A stretch of DNA of 64,000 bases from Gammaproteobacteria bacterium (GTDB lineage: Bacteria > Pseudomonadota > Gammaproteobacteria > JAKDMP01), in contig JBAUSV010000184.1 of the NCBI GenBank assembly GCA_049581885.1, positions 2,621 through 66,620 on the forward strand, read 5' to 3'. Shown here piece after piece: positions 20,134 through 33,889 of the stretch (its first letter is position 1; the number at the start of each line of letters is the position of its first letter). The notes under the pieces were generated by a model. It did no database searches. It was not told where the DNA came from and saw nothing but the letters and a program-made list of their open reading frames with translations. The translations under genes and the position numbers were made by a program.

Positions 20134-21969
20134 TTATTCGACAGTGACGGATTTGGCAAGGTTGCGTGGTTGATCGACGTCGTTACCCTTGAGCAGAGCT
20201 ACATGATAAGCCAGTAGTTGCAGCGGCACCGTATACAGCACCGGATCGAGAAACAGGCCATGCTCGGCCGGTAGTGTCATGACATGCACGCCGGGTTCGG
20301 CATTGATCCCCGTATCCTTCCCGACGAACAGCAACAGCTCGCCGCCACGCGCACGAACTTCAGCCAGGTTGGAGCGAACCTTGTCCAGGGTATCATCACT
20401 GGGCGCACAGGCAATCACCGGCATATTTTCATCGATCAACGCCAGCGGTCCATGCTTGAGTTCGCCTGCCGGATAGGCCTCCGCATGTATATAAGATATT
20501 TCCTTGAGCTTGAGCGCTCCTTCGAGTGCCACCGGATACGCCAGGCCACGCCCCAGAAACAGTGCGTGTTCACGGTTGACGAACAATTCTGCCAGGCTAG
20601 CAATTTCATCCTCGCGCTGCAGCAAGGCATCCACTTCGGCGGGCAGGCTACGCAACTGGTGTATGTAGCGTGCCTCGTCTTCGCTGCTCATGCCGTGCGT
20701 CCGGGCCAAGGCCAGCGTAAACAGCATCAGGGCCACCAACTGGGTGGTGAAAGCCTTGGTGGAGGCAACACCGATTTCGGGACCGGCACGCGTCATGAGC
20801 ACCAGTTCGGATTCGCGCACGAGGGAAGATTCGGGCACGTTGCACACCGACAAGGCACCCACATAGTTCAGCGTTTTGGCCAGGCGCAACGCAGCGAGGG
20901 TATCCGCTGTTTCCCCGGATTGGGAAATTGTGACAAACAAAGTGCCTGCAGCAACCGCCGGCGAGCGGTAACGGTATTCGCTCGCCACTTCCACCCGTAC
21001 CGGCAGCCCCGCGAGCTGTTCGATCAGATAGCCAGCGACAAAACCAGCGTGGTAGCTGGTACCGCAAGCCACGATATGCACTGCCCGTGTCTGCGCGAAC
21101 AGTTTCTCCGCACCGGGGCCGAAAGCCGCGCTGAGCACATGGTTGTTGGCGATGCGCTCTTCCAGAGTTTCGCCGATGACGCGCGGCTGCTCGTGTATCT
21201 CCTTGGCCATGTAATGACGGAATGCCCCGCGATCAACCGCATCGCCGCTGAGTGCACTGCGTTTGATCGGACGTTCGATCACCTCGCCTGCCACACTACG
21301 GATATCCACTGCATCGCGGGTCAGGGTAACGATATCGCCATCTTCCAGGAACTGGAAATCGCTGGTGACCGGAAGCAGTGCGCTTATATCCGAGGCCACG
21401 AAATTCTCGCCTATGCCGCGCCCGATCACCACCGGGCACCCCATACGTGCGGCCACCAGAGTCTGCGGTTCCTCGCGTGAAATTACCGCCAGGGCATACG
21501 CGCCTTCGAGCCGCTGCAATGCACGGCTGACCGCATCGGCAAGTGCAAGCCCCGAACGCAATTCGCGATGAATGCAGTGGGCAACGACCTCGGTATCAGT
21601 TTCCGAATCGAATATGTAACCGTCGGCAACGAGTTCGGAACGCAAGGCCTCGTGATTCTCGATAATTCCGTTATGCACAATGGCCAGCAGGTCGTACGAA
21701 AAATGCGGGTGCGCATTGTTTTCATGCGGTGCACCGTGGGTTGCCCATCGCGTATGTGCAATACCCGTGCGCGCGCTCAAGGGCGACTTGTCCAGACACC
21801 CGGCGAGTTCGACCACCTTGCCCACTGCACGCGCGCGGCGTAACACGCCTGCGTCATCGACAACGGCGATACCGGCCGAATCGTAACCGCGGTACTCGAG
21901 TCGGCGCAGGCCCTCCATCAGGATTGGCACCACATCGCGCTCGGCCACACCACCCACTATGCCGCACAT
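20134..21969 (-). CDS. glmS: glutamine--fructose-6-phosphate aminotransferase
   Basis: A 611-aa protein with an N-terminal MCGIVG (Cys2 nucleophile), two SIS domains, and a C-terminal ...KSVTVE. Confidence 0.95.
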   Translation of the reverse strand: MCGIVGGVAERDVVPILMEGLRRLEYRGYDSAGIAVVDDAGVLRRARAVGKVVELAGCLDKSPLSARTGIAHTRWATHGAPHENNAHPHFSYDLLAIVHNGIIENHEALRSELVADGYIFDSETDTEVVAHCIHRELRSGLALADAVSRALQRLEGAYALAVISREEPQTLVAARMGCPVVIGRGIGENFVASDISALLPVTSDFQFLEDGDIVTLTRDAVDIRSVAGEVIERPIKRSALSGDAVDRGAFRHYMAKEIHEQPRVIGETLEERIANNHVLSAAFGPGAEKLFAQTRAVHIVACGTSYHAGFVAGYLIEQLAGLPVRVEVASEYRYRSPAVAAGTLFVTISQSGETADTLAALRLAKTLNYVGALSVCNVPESSLVRESELVLMTRAGPEIGVASTKAFTTQLVALMLFTLALARTHGMSSEDEARYIHQLRSLPAEVDALLQREDEIASLAELFVNREHALFLGRGLAYPVALEGALKLKEISYIHAEAYPAGELKHGPLALIDENMPVIACAPSDDTLDKVRSNLAEVRARGGELLLFVGKDTGINAEPGVHVMTLPAEHGLFLDPVLYTVPLQLLAYHVALLKGNDVDQPRNLAKSVTVE

Positions 21970-22100
21970 ATTGACGCTCCGATCTGTAAGAGGTATAAGG
22001 CAAAGGGTAAGGGGTAAGACGACTTATCGCTGGCAAGCTCACTCCTACAGACAGTGTCCGAAGAAGTGCTCTCGTCATGGCGACGGTTCATGCTCGTTCC

Positions 22101-23465
22101 TTACTTTTTACTGGGCCGTTCCCAGCCTTCGATTATGGTTTGGCGTGGGCGGGCCAGCACCAGCTTGCCGGGCGGCACATCCGCGGTCACGGTCGAACCC
22201 GCACCGATGGTTGCGCCTGCGCCAATTGTGAGTGGCGCCACCAACGGACAATCGGAACCGATAAAAGCCCCATCGCCGATCACCGTCTTGTGCTTGTTAG
22301 CCCCATCGTAATTACAGGTAATGACCCCGGCACCCACGTTGACTTCGCTGCCGATATCGGCATCGCCTAGATAGGCCAGGTGATTAGCCTTGGAGCCCGC
22401 GCCCAAGCGCGTGTTTTTCAGCTCTACGAAATTGCCTACGTGCGCCCCTTCTCTCAATTCCGTTCCGGGCCGGAGACGCGCAAAAGGGCCTATAACCGAT
22501 TGCGCCCCTACCCGCGCATTTTCTATCACGCTATATGGCCTCAGTTCCACGTTATCGTCGATTACGGAGTCGCGCAGCACGACACCCACGCCGACTCGTA
22601 CACCCGCGCCGAGCACCACGCGGCCCGCGAACACGCAATTGGGTTCGATGACCACATCAGGGCCGCATTCAAGCGTGCCGCGCACATCGATCCGCAGTGG
22701 ATCGACCAGGCTGACCCCTGCCTGCATCAGCTCGTCTGCACAACGGCGTCTCAATTCGGCTTCGACCGCGGCCAGCTGGGCGCGCGTATTGACCCCGCGG
22801 GTTGCCGCCGGATCGTCGGCCATGACCGGGGCCACGGCCACGCTGTCGGCCACTGCAAGCGCCAGCGCGTCGGTGAGGTAGTACTCGCCCTGGGCATTGT
22901 CGTTGCCGATGCGCGGTAGCCAGTCGCGCAGTTTCGCAACGGGGGCTGCGATCACGCCGGTATTGACCTCGGTAATCGCGCGCTGCTCGTCGCTGGCATC
23001 GCGGTCCTCGATGATACGCGTGACCTCGCCTGCCGCGCTGCGGACGACGCGCCCGTATCCGGCGGGATCAGTGAACCGGGCCGTAAGCAGCGCAAAAGCG
23101 CCTTGTCCGGCCTTCTCCGTCAGCGCCGTCAATGTATCGGCACCCAAGAGTGGCACGTCGCCATAGAGAGTCAGGACTGTGCCCAGGGCGGGCAGGGCGG
23201 GCAACGCCGCACCGAGCGCATCGGCCGTGCCACGGCGCTCGGACTGTTCGGCCCAGGTCAGGTCGGCATCGGGGAAGGCCTCGCGTATCTGCCGACCGCC
23301 CGCGCCGTGCACCACGACCACGATGCGTTCGGGGGCCAGGGCTCGCGCGGTTTCGATTACATGGCCCAACAATGGACGTCCGGCCAACTCGGCCATCACC
23401 TTGGGTCGAGTCGAGCGCATGCGCTTGCCCTCGCCCGCGGCAAGTATCACGATGCTCAGCGCCAT
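22101..23465 (-). CDS. glmU: bifunctional UDP-GlcNAc pyrophosphorylase / GlcN-1-P acetyltransferase
   Basis: A 454-aa protein with N-terminal LAAGEGKRM plus C-terminal left-handed beta-helix hexapeptide repeats. It follows the atp operon directly, as is typical. Confidence 0.9.
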   Translation of the reverse strand: MALSIVILAAGEGKRMRSTRPKVMAELAGRPLLGHVIETARALAPERIVVVVHGAGGRQIREAFPDADLTWAEQSERRGTADALGAALPALPALGTVLTLYGDVPLLGADTLTALTEKAGQGAFALLTARFTDPAGYGRVVRSAAGEVTRIIEDRDASDEQRAITEVNTGVIAAPVAKLRDWLPRIGNDNAQGEYYLTDALALAVADSVAVAPVMADDPAATRGVNTRAQLAAVEAELRRRCADELMQAGVSLVDPLRIDVRGTLECGPDVVIEPNCVFAGRVVLGAGVRVGVGVVLRDSVIDDNVELRPYSVIENARVGAQSVIGPFARLRPGTELREGAHVGNFVELKNTRLGAGSKANHLAYLGDADIGSEVNVGAGVITCNYDGANKHKTVIGDGAFIGSDCPLVAPLTIGAGATIGAGSTVTADVPPGKLVLARPRQTIIEGWERPSKK

Positions 23466-23599
23466 GCGGAGACTACTCCCTGCAAGCTTACAAGACTGAA
23501 TACGATACCTTATTGGTCGGGAATAGTGATATTTGCGGCCGCTGTCTCGACTTCCCGCCGCAAACGCCGACGCCGTGCATGGCTGATTGTGAAAGGCGG

Positions 23600-24024
23600 C
23601 TAGCTACCGCGCCGTTCCTTGCGCAGTTCCTCGATCATGCGCAGCTGCGCCTCGGCCTGAATCAGCTCCTCGCGGGCGCGGTCCAGGTCAATCTCGCCGT
23701 GCTTGCCGGCCAGCGTCTCTTCCGCTCGTTCCTTGGCCTCCCGCGCGGCTTGTTCGTCGAGTTCTCGCGCCCGCACCAGCGTATCGGCAAGGACCGACAC
23801 CACATGCGGCTGCACTTCGAGCAAGCCGCCGGTGACGAAGAACTCGCGCTCCTCGCCGCCCTCGAGCCGGAGCCGTACCGCACCCGGCTTGAGCCGCGTC
23901 AATAACGGGGTGTGCTGGGGCAGGATGCCGACTTCACCCATCTCCGCCGGGGCGAAGACCATTTCGGCCTCGCCGTCGAAGATGGCTTCGCCGGCGCTGA
24001 CGATGTTGACGTGAATGACGGACA

Positions 24025-24025
<1 letters not shown>
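23600..24025 (-). CDS. atpC: F1 ATP synthase epsilon subunit
   Basis: A 141-aa protein starting MSVIHVNIVSAGEAIF. It is translationally coupled to atpD (shared base at 24025). Confidence 0.9.
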
Positions 24026-26317
<2,292 letters not shown>

Positions 26318-26326
26318 AACGCTCTC

Positions 26327-27871
<1,545 letters not shown>

Positions 27872-27896
27872 ATCTGAACAGGTCCTCTGAAATTCC

Positions 27897-28433
27897 TTAA
27901 CCGGTCATGGTTTTCGCAAGCCGCCGCAGGCGCGTGGCGAGCGAAGCGTCTATTACGTGATCGCCGATCCGCATCACGACTCCACCGATGATTGCGGGCA
28001 CCACCTCGAAGCTCGCCTCAATCCGGCGCCCGAAGCGCTTGCCGAGCGCCGCAACCAACCGCTCGGAAGAGTCTTCTCCCAGCTTTTCCGCGGTCTCGAT
28101 CGTGACGTCGATGGTGGTCTCCGCCTCGGTCGCCAGGCGTCCGAACTCCGCGGCCACCGCCGGTATGACTTCGAGCCGGCCGTTTTCGGCCATGAGCTTG
28201 AGCAGATTGGCCGCGCCTTCCGGCCGGGGCTCACCCGCCAGTTCGGCAATCAGCGCCGCACGCTCGTCGCGTTCCGCCTCGGGGCTGGTGATGAGATCCC
28301 GCACCGGCTGGAGCGCAACCAGTTGCGCCAGCCGGTCGAAAAAATCTCGCCACGGCTCGAGTGCATCCGCTGCACGGGCATACTCGAAGGCAGCACGGGC
28401 ATACGGTCGGGCGAGTGTTGCGTTATCAGCCAT
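27897..28433 (-). CDS. atpH: F1 ATP synthase delta subunit
   Basis: OSCP/delta family protein. The start is probably the internal [12 protein letters not shown] rather than the track's MRKSSP. Confidence 0.8.
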   Translation of the reverse strand: MADNATLARPYARAAFEYARAADALEPWRDFFDRLAQLVALQPVRDLITSPEAERDERAALIAELAGEPRPEGAANLLKLMAENGRLEVIPAVAAEFGRLATEAETTIDVTIETAEKLGEDSSERLVAALGKRFGRRIEASFEVVPAIIGGVVMRIGDHVIDASLATRLRRLAKTMTG

Positions 28434-28908
28434 TGGCGAGCTTTTCCGCAAATTCGTCTAACAGCGAGGCATGCGTCCCGGCATCGATCTCGCGTTCCAG
28501 GATGCGTCCCGCGGCGGCCGCGGCGATGCGCGCGAAGTCGCCCCGCAGGCTTTCCCGCGCCTGACGCGAAGCCTGGTCGATCTCCTCGCGGGCCCGTTCC
28601 AGCTCGCGTGCGCGCTCGGCTTCCGCCTCGCTGCGCGCCGCCTCGATGATTTCGCGTCCGCGTCGGTTGGAGTTATCGATAATCTCCGTCGCCCGCCTAC
28701 GCGCTTCCTCGATGGCTTCTTCGACCCGCACCTCGGCCTCTTCCAGTTCCTTCTGGCCCTTCTCTGCGGCCGCGATCCCGTCGGCGATGCGCTTCCTGCG
28801 CTCGTCCATGACGGCCATCAGCGGGCCCCACAACCAACGCTTGAGCAGCCAGATCGTAACCAGGAAAACGATGATCTGGACAATAAGAGTTCCGGTAATG
28901 GCTACCAT
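28426..28908 (-). CDS. atpF: Fo ATP synthase b subunit
   Basis: A 160-aa protein with a single N-terminal TM helix followed by a long charged helix (EEAIEEARRRATEIID). Confidence 0.85.
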   Translation of the reverse strand: MVAITGTLIVQIIVFLVTIWLLKRWLWGPLMAVMDERRKRIADGIAAAEKGQKELEEAEVRVEEAIEEARRRATEIIDNSNRRGREIIEAARSEAEAERARELERAREEIDQASRQARESLRGDFARIAAAAAGRILEREIDAGTHASLLDEFAEKLANG

Positions 28909-28942
28909 TGCATCCTCTCTTTAATCCTTGCCGTAACGACGA

Positions 28943-29254
28943 TCAACCCGCACCGGCAGCTTTTGCCGCCAGCTTGGCCGAAGTGGTCACGAAGGTGCTC
29001 ACGAAGGGGTTGGCGAACAGGAACCACATCGCCACGCCGAACAGGATGAACGGGAAGGATTCCATCAGGCCGGCAAAAATGAACATGTTCACCATCAGCG
29101 AACCGCGCATCTCTGGCTGGCGGGCAATGCCTTCCAGTGTCTTGGAACAGATCAGGCCCCAGCCGATGGCCGAGCCCAGACCCGCGGCGGCAAACATGGC
29201 GCCGACACCGATGGCCGTGCCGGTGACGATCTCTGCAATAAGGCTTGGATTCAC
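28943..29254 (-). CDS. atpE: Fo ATP synthase c subunit (with a C-terminal extension)
   Basis: A two-helix hairpin with the ARQPE loop and the ion-binding Glu in LMESFPF. It is 103 aa versus roughly 80 typical, with an extra VSTFVTTSAKLAAKAAGAG tail after an ...ANPF C-terminal motif of the kind seen in Na+-coupled c subunits. Confidence 0.8.
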   Translation of the reverse strand: MNPSLIAEIVTGTAIGVGAMFAAAGLGSAIGWGLICSKTLEGIARQPEMRGSLMVNMFIFAGLMESFPFILFGVAMWFLFANPFVSTFVTTSAKLAAKAAGAG

Positions 29255-29316
29255 GTTACTTTACTCCTCAAAAAACCAATCGAAAAATTACAAAACAGCA
29301 GCCGTTCAACGGCCCA

Positions 29317-30183
29317 CTAGTGCTCCGCCGTTTGCTGGGCCATGCCCAGATAGACAATCGCGAGTACGCCGAAAATGAACGCCTGCAGCGTCGCGATCAA
29401 AAGATCGAAGAGGGTCCACGCGATGCCCGTCAAAAAATGCACCGGAGCCCAGATCGCGATACTCCAACCAATAGGCTTTAGCGCCGACAACGTAAGCAAA
29501 GCCAACAGGGCAAAAATCAGCTCTCCGGAAAACATATTGCCGAACAGTCGCAGGGCCAGGCTCACCGGCTTGGCCAGATCGTCGATCAGCGTGGTCACGA
29601 TGTTGGCCGGGCCACCGAACTTCCCGTAGGGATGAAACAGAAAGCGCTTGAGATAACCGACCGGGCCGTTGGCCTTGAACTGATAGAACACCATCAGTAC
29701 GAAAATCACGATCGCCATCGCGAACGGCGTGTCGAGTGAAGCGGTCGGCACATCGCGGAAATAGGCGTGCTTGGCGCCAACCAGGTGCCCGACCCCGCCA
29801 GCGATCGTCGGGATCAGATCGATGGGAACCAGATCCATCACATTCATCAGAAAGACCCAGGTGAAGATGGTGAGCGCCATCGCACCGACATAGTTGTTGG
29901 CCTTGGGGAAAACCTCGCGAATCTGATCACCGATGTATTCAACGATAAATTCGAGCGCAGCCTGCAAACGTCCGGAATTGCCCACGCTCCAGCGACGACG
30001 CATGAACCAGGCGAAGACGATGAGACCGATGGCACAGAGCAGCGAGATCAGGATGAGATCGAAGTTGAAGGCGTGGAAATCCACCAGACCATTCGGTTGA
30101 TGCGTCTGCGGATTGCAGCCGATGCACCAATCGGTCAGATGGTGCGTGATGTATTCGCCCGCGCTTTCGCCGCCCTTGGCCAA
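29317..30183 (-). CDS. atpB: Fo ATP synthase a subunit
   Basis: A 288-aa polytopic protein with the conserved Arg helix region (LALRLFGNMFSGE). Confidence 0.9.
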   Translation of the reverse strand: MAKGGESAGEYITHHLTDWCIGCNPQTHQPNGLVDFHAFNFDLILISLLCAIGLIVFAWFMRRRWSVGNSGRLQAALEFIVEYIGDQIREVFPKANNYVGAMALTIFTWVFLMNVMDLVPIDLIPTIAGGVGHLVGAKHAYFRDVPTASLDTPFAMAIVIFVLMVFYQFKANGPVGYLKRFLFHPYGKFGGPANIVTTLIDDLAKPVSLALRLFGNMFSGELIFALLALLTLSALKPIGWSIAIWAPVHFLTGIAWTLFDLLIATLQAFIFGVLAIVYLGMAQQTAEH

Positions 30184-30203
30184 CTTTTAACCCCCCAGTC
30201 CTG

Positions 30204-30557
30204 TCAAACCTGTCGCCGGAGCACTCCGGCCGCGATGTAATAAGCCAATTCGGCGCCTATGAAGCCCGCAATCAGTGCCAGCGGCTGGAGCTTGAGCACC
30301 ACCAGCGCGAGCACAAAGGCCGCGGCCACGAATACCATGCGCTCCAACGTACTCAGATAAAGCCCTGCGGCGCTTGCTCCAGGCCGCGAAGCCCGGTTCA
30401 TGCGCCACGCCAACAGGGCCGAGACCACCAGCCCGACCGCCCCGCCGTAGAGCGCGGCCAGCGCGGCTCCCAGACCCATATAAGCGAAAAAACCACCCGC
30501 AACCACGAAGGTTGCGATGGCCTGGATCGCCCACAGGCTTAGCATGACTTTGCGCAT
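30204..30557 (-). CDS. atpI: ATP synthase protein I
   Basis: A 117-aa small hydrophobic protein at the head of the atp operon. Confidence 0.65.
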   Translation of the reverse strand: MRKVMLSLWAIQAIATFVVAGGFFAYMGLGAALAALYGGAVGLVVSALLAWRMNRASRPGASAAGLYLSTLERMVFVAAAFVLALVVLKLQPLALIAGFIGAELAYYIAAGVLRRQV

Positions 30558-30647
30558 CCGCGTCTGGCGGCGCGGCCCACGCGCCTGATACGTCCCCGAA
30601 TCCGCGTATTTTAAAGAGTTACCGCGCAGGCTTCAAGACTTGCCGAC

Positions 30648-30682
30648 GCAAAAAAGTAAAATCGCCCGCGCCCTTGGCGGGA
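30648..30682 (-). terminator. putative rho-independent terminator after the acyltransferase gene
   Basis: The minus-strand reads CCCGCcaagggcGCGGG followed by cgaTTTTacTTTTTTg, located just downstream of the 30699 stop. Confidence 0.4.
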
Positions 30683-30698
30683 AAACGCCGTCATGACC

Positions 30699-32036
30699 TC
30701 ATCGCAATGCATCCACGCCGCCCGTTGCGGGCAAATACGGGGGCACGTCCAAGCCAAAACGTGCCGCCACTTCCGGGGCAAGGCCCGCCACCGAGGCCAG
30801 CTCGTTGCGCAGAAAAACAGCGAGTGCCGCGCGTGAATCCCAGCCCGGCACCGGTTCCGGCCGTGCGCTGCGCATGAGTTCCCCGCCATGCCTTTCCACC
30901 AATCCGGCACGGACAAACCATCCGAACCGGCGCACCGCGAACGCCGGGGCATCGGGAGCCACGCGCAGGCCCGCGGCACTCAAGGCCTCTCCCAGCCCGG
31001 ACGCGAACGCCTCGAATTCGACGGCCGATAGCGCCCTCCCGGGTGGCGTCCGTAATATCCAGTGCGCTGCCAAGTGAGTCCCGGTCACCGTGGTGGCTGC
31101 GAGAATGCCCCTGGCCACGGCGGCGTCGAAAGCGCGGCGGCTAGTGTAGTCGTCGGCTTGGAAAGGCGCTCCGGCGTGCACGAACACCCGCATGCGCCAC
31201 CCGGAAAGCGAGGGATCGTAGGCCAGTCCGACCGGCAGCACGGGCAACCCGCGCTCGGCGCCGGAGGCCAGCCGCCAGGGGCCAGCTCGCGGGCGCTGGA
31301 AATGACCGTCGGGGCTGTTCGCTCCTTCCGGTGCCACCATCACGGCTTCGCCGCATTCAAGCGCCGCCGCAAAAACCGCGAGATGCGCATTGATGCGCGT
31401 CCGCTCCACTGGTTTGAATTCGCGAAAAGTGGCGCGATTGAGCCGTCGATGCCCCCAACCACCTCCCACCAGGGAGGCAAAACGGCGCTCGCGCTTCAGC
31501 AGCCAGGCAATCGGTTGCGATAAATCCGCTCCCGCTGCCTCCAGGCGTGCCGCCCAGCGCCAATTAAGCGCACTGCCAAGCGGGCGCTCACCAAGGTAAC
31601 GACGGATATCGCCCAGCACGATCGCCAGGCTTTGCTCCGGGATGCGGTGGATGGGATGGGCCTTGAACACGGTCATGATGCGCGCAAGCGGGATCGCGGG
31701 CGAGATCAACCGCGGCAGCGCCAACCAGGGCGAGCGCCAGTAGTGCCACAGGAAACCGGGTTCGAACAGGTCCTCACGCGCCACGAAATGCGGCAGCACC
31801 CCGCTGATGCGCTTCCCCCGCGCGCGGCCCAGAAACGTGCCGAGCACCGGAATGTCGGCGTCGCGCCGATGGTTGGCCACGATCATACACGGCGCGGGCA
31901 CCCGTTCCGGCAGCCCGCTTTCCTCGATCCTGAACAGGGCGCGCACGATACGGTCAAAACCGAGCAGGAACAATCGTGCCGGCCAGGCAGGCTGTTGCCG
32001 CGACGTGGCGGAGGATTTGAAATCGTTTTCCGACAT
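30699..32036 (-). CDS. lysophospholipid/1-acylglycerol-3-phosphate acyltransferase family protein (PlsC-like), large form
   Basis: HX4D acyltransferase motif (ANHRRDAD). The track ORF (704 aa) has about 260 implausible N-terminal residues. I trimmed it to the ATG at 32034-32036, giving MSENDFKSS. Confidence 0.55.
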   Translation of the reverse strand: MSENDFKSSATSRQQPAWPARLFLLGFDRIVRALFRIEESGLPERVPAPCMIVANHRRDADIPVLGTFLGRARGKRISGVLPHFVAREDLFEPGFLWHYWRSPWLALPRLISPAIPLARIMTVFKAHPIHRIPEQSLAIVLGDIRRYLGERPLGSALNWRWAARLEAAGADLSQPIAWLLKRERRFASLVGGGWGHRRLNRATFREFKPVERTRINAHLAVFAAALECGEAVMVAPEGANSPDGHFQRPRAGPWRLASGAERGLPVLPVGLAYDPSLSGWRMRVFVHAGAPFQADDYTSRRAFDAAVARGILAATTVTGTHLAAHWILRTPPGRALSAVEFEAFASGLGEALSAAGLRVAPDAPAFAVRRFGWFVRAGLVERHGGELMRSARPEPVPGWDSRAALAVFLRNELASVAGLAPEVAARFGLDVPPYLPATGGVDALR

Positions 32037-32093
32037 GGCCCATAGCTTAGCCGCACCCACAGCACCGACCACTGCCACGCCTATAATGCGGGC

Positions 32094-32864
32094 ATGAGTC
32101 AGCACATCGGACTGGTCCTGATCGGGGACGAACTGCTCTCCGGGAAACGCCGGGATGAACACCTTGCCAACGCCGCGCGCATCACGGCCGAACGCGGGTT
32201 GGAGATCGACTGGGTGCGCATAGAGCATGACGACCTGGCGCGGCTTGCCAGCGTCTTTCGCGAGACCATGGCCGCCGGCGACATCGTATTCAGTTACGGC
32301 GGCATCGGGGCGACGCCCGACGACGTGACGCGGGCCGCCGCCGCGGCCGCCGCCGGGGTTCCGCTGGTCCGGCATCCACGGATCGCCGCGGACCTGGAAA
32401 AGCGCTACGGCTCGGAGGCGCACCCCTACCGTATCCGCATGGCCGAAATCCCCGAGGGCGCGGGCCTGATTCCCAACCCGCCCTACCTGGTACCCGGTTT
32501 TTATCTCGGGCACCACCATTTCCTGCCCGGTTTCCCCGACATGTCGGCCGGCATGCTCACGTGGACGCTCGACGAACGCTACCGGGCGCTTCGGCATACG
32601 CCGCCCGTCGAGCAGCTGATTGAAGTGGAGGGCGTGCCTGAAAGCGAACTGGTGCCACACATGGACCACATCCTCGCAGACTATCCCGGTATTCGACTCT
32701 CCAGCCTGCCATCGGCCCACAAACAGGGCTGGATGGTGGAAATCGGGCTCAAGGGACCAGCGCAACAGGTCGATCCCGCCATCGCCCAACTGCAAGGCGA
32801 ATTTGACGCACACAACGTCACCTGGCGACTCGGCAAACGTCTGCCGACGCCACCCAAAAAATAA
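32094..32864 (+). CDS. CinA-like competence/damage-inducible protein (MoCF-biosynthesis-type molybdopterin-binding domain)
   Basis: A 256-aa protein with the MogA/MoaB/CinA N-domain signature LVLIGDELLSG...FSYGGIGATPDDVT. Confidence 0.65.
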   Translation: MSQHIGLVLIGDELLSGKRRDEHLANAARITAERGLEIDWVRIEHDDLARLASVFRETMAAGDIVFSYGGIGATPDDVTRAAAAAAAGVPLVRHPRIAADLEKRYGSEAHPYRIRMAEIPEGAGLIPNPPYLVPGFYLGHHHFLPGFPDMSAGMLTWTLDERYRALRHTPPVEQLIEVEGVPESELVPHMDHILADYPGIRLSSLPSAHKQGWMVEIGLKGPAQQVDPAIAQLQGEFDAHNVTWRLGKRLPTPPKK

Positions 32865-32894
32865 AAGCCCCGCTTGATGCGGGGCCTTTCTATG

Positions 32895-32971
32895 TGGCGC
32901 GCCCGGAGAGATTCGAACTCCCGACCGCCTGGTTCGTAGCCAGGTACTCTATCCAACTGAGCTACGGGCGC
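32895..32971 (-). tRNA. tRNA-Arg (anticodon ACG)
   Basis: The reverse complement folds as GCGCCCG-TA-GCTCAGTTGGATAGAGT-A-CCTGG-CTACGAA-CCAGG...GGGAGTTCGAATCTCTC-CGGGCGC-G-CCA, with anticodon ACG. Confidence 0.85.
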
Positions 32972-33117
32972 GTAGCCGTTTATTATCGCGGATTGCCCCC
33001 CGGCGGGTCAATCCTTGACCGCTTTATTTCAGGTTTCTCGATGTGGTACACCTGTTCCAGTTCCCCAGACACGTAAACTGAAACCGTTCGACACCGCGCC
33101 CGACGGCGCGCCACCGA

Positions 33118-33861
33118 TTAACCGCAACTGAAGCCGCCATCCACCGGAATCGTGACGCCGGTGAGATACGGCTCGCTGGCGAGATAGGCCACGGCCCGCG
33201 CGAGGTCAGCGGGCGCGCCCAAGCGTCCCAGCGGAATGCGAGTCAGAACCTTATCCTTGACGGTTTGCGGCGGCTCCGGCTCGGGCCAGAGCAGTGCACC
33301 GGGTGCGACTGCATTGACGCGCACATCGGGCGCCAACTCAAGCGCGAGCGCCTGGGTCAGCGCCGCGAGCCCGGCCTTGGCCGCCACGTAGGCCGCGTAC
33401 TTTGCGCGCGGGCGCACCAGATACGCATCGGTCACGTTGACGACGCTGCCCGAATGTTCCGCGAGCATGGGGGCCAACGCCTGAACGAGAAACACGCATG
33501 CGGTCAGATTGACATCTTGGGTCCGCGTCCAGTTCAGGCGCGTGAGTTCCGCTAGCGGCGTCGAACGGAAAACCGATGCGTTGTTGACCAGCATATCCAG
33601 GCGACCGAAGCGTTCGCGCACGAAGGCTGCCAGTTCCGCCGGTGCCGCCGCATCCGACAGATCAGCCGTCACGGCCGAGGCATCGCCCGTGCGCCGCGCT
33701 TCAAGCTCAGCGACCAACGCACCGGCCTCGGCGCTCGAAGTGCCGTAATGAACGACCACCTGCATGCCGCGACCATGCAGTTCGCGCACGATGGCCGCGC
33801 CCAACCGCCGTGCGCCGCCGGTAACCAAGGCCACGCGTCCCGTAAAATCGTCACTACTCAT
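33118..33861 (-). CDS. short-chain dehydrogenase/reductase (pteridine-reductase-like)
   Basis: Rossmann motif VALVTGGARRLG and catalytic YVAAKAGL (YxxxK). I trimmed the start to the internal MSSDDF. Confidence 0.7.
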   Translation of the reverse strand: MSSDDFTGRVALVTGGARRLGAAIVRELHGRGMQVVVHYGTSSAEAGALVAELEARRTGDASAVTADLSDAAAPAELAAFVRERFGRLDMLVNNASVFRSTPLAELTRLNWTRTQDVNLTACVFLVQALAPMLAEHSGSVVNVTDAYLVRPRAKYAAYVAAKAGLAALTQALALELAPDVRVNAVAPGALLWPEPEPPQTVKDKVLTRIPLGRLGAPADLARAVAYLASEPYLTGVTIPVDGGFSCG

Positions 33862-33889
33862 CCGTGCACTCCCAGCGCTCTCATCCAGT

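Noticed and set aside
20284-21480. 398-aa plus-strand ORF
   Set aside because: It is antisense to glmS.
30699-32813. 704-aa version of the acyltransferase ORF (and the similarly over-long atpD 505 aa, parA 330 aa, rsmG 307 aa, prpD 541 aa, SDR 292 aa and MidA 430 aa track ORFs)
   Set aside because: The N-terminal extensions lack similarity to the families, overlap upstream genes, and in-frame internal ATG/TTG starts with ribosome-binding sites give canonical N-termini. I trimmed them rather than report the long forms.
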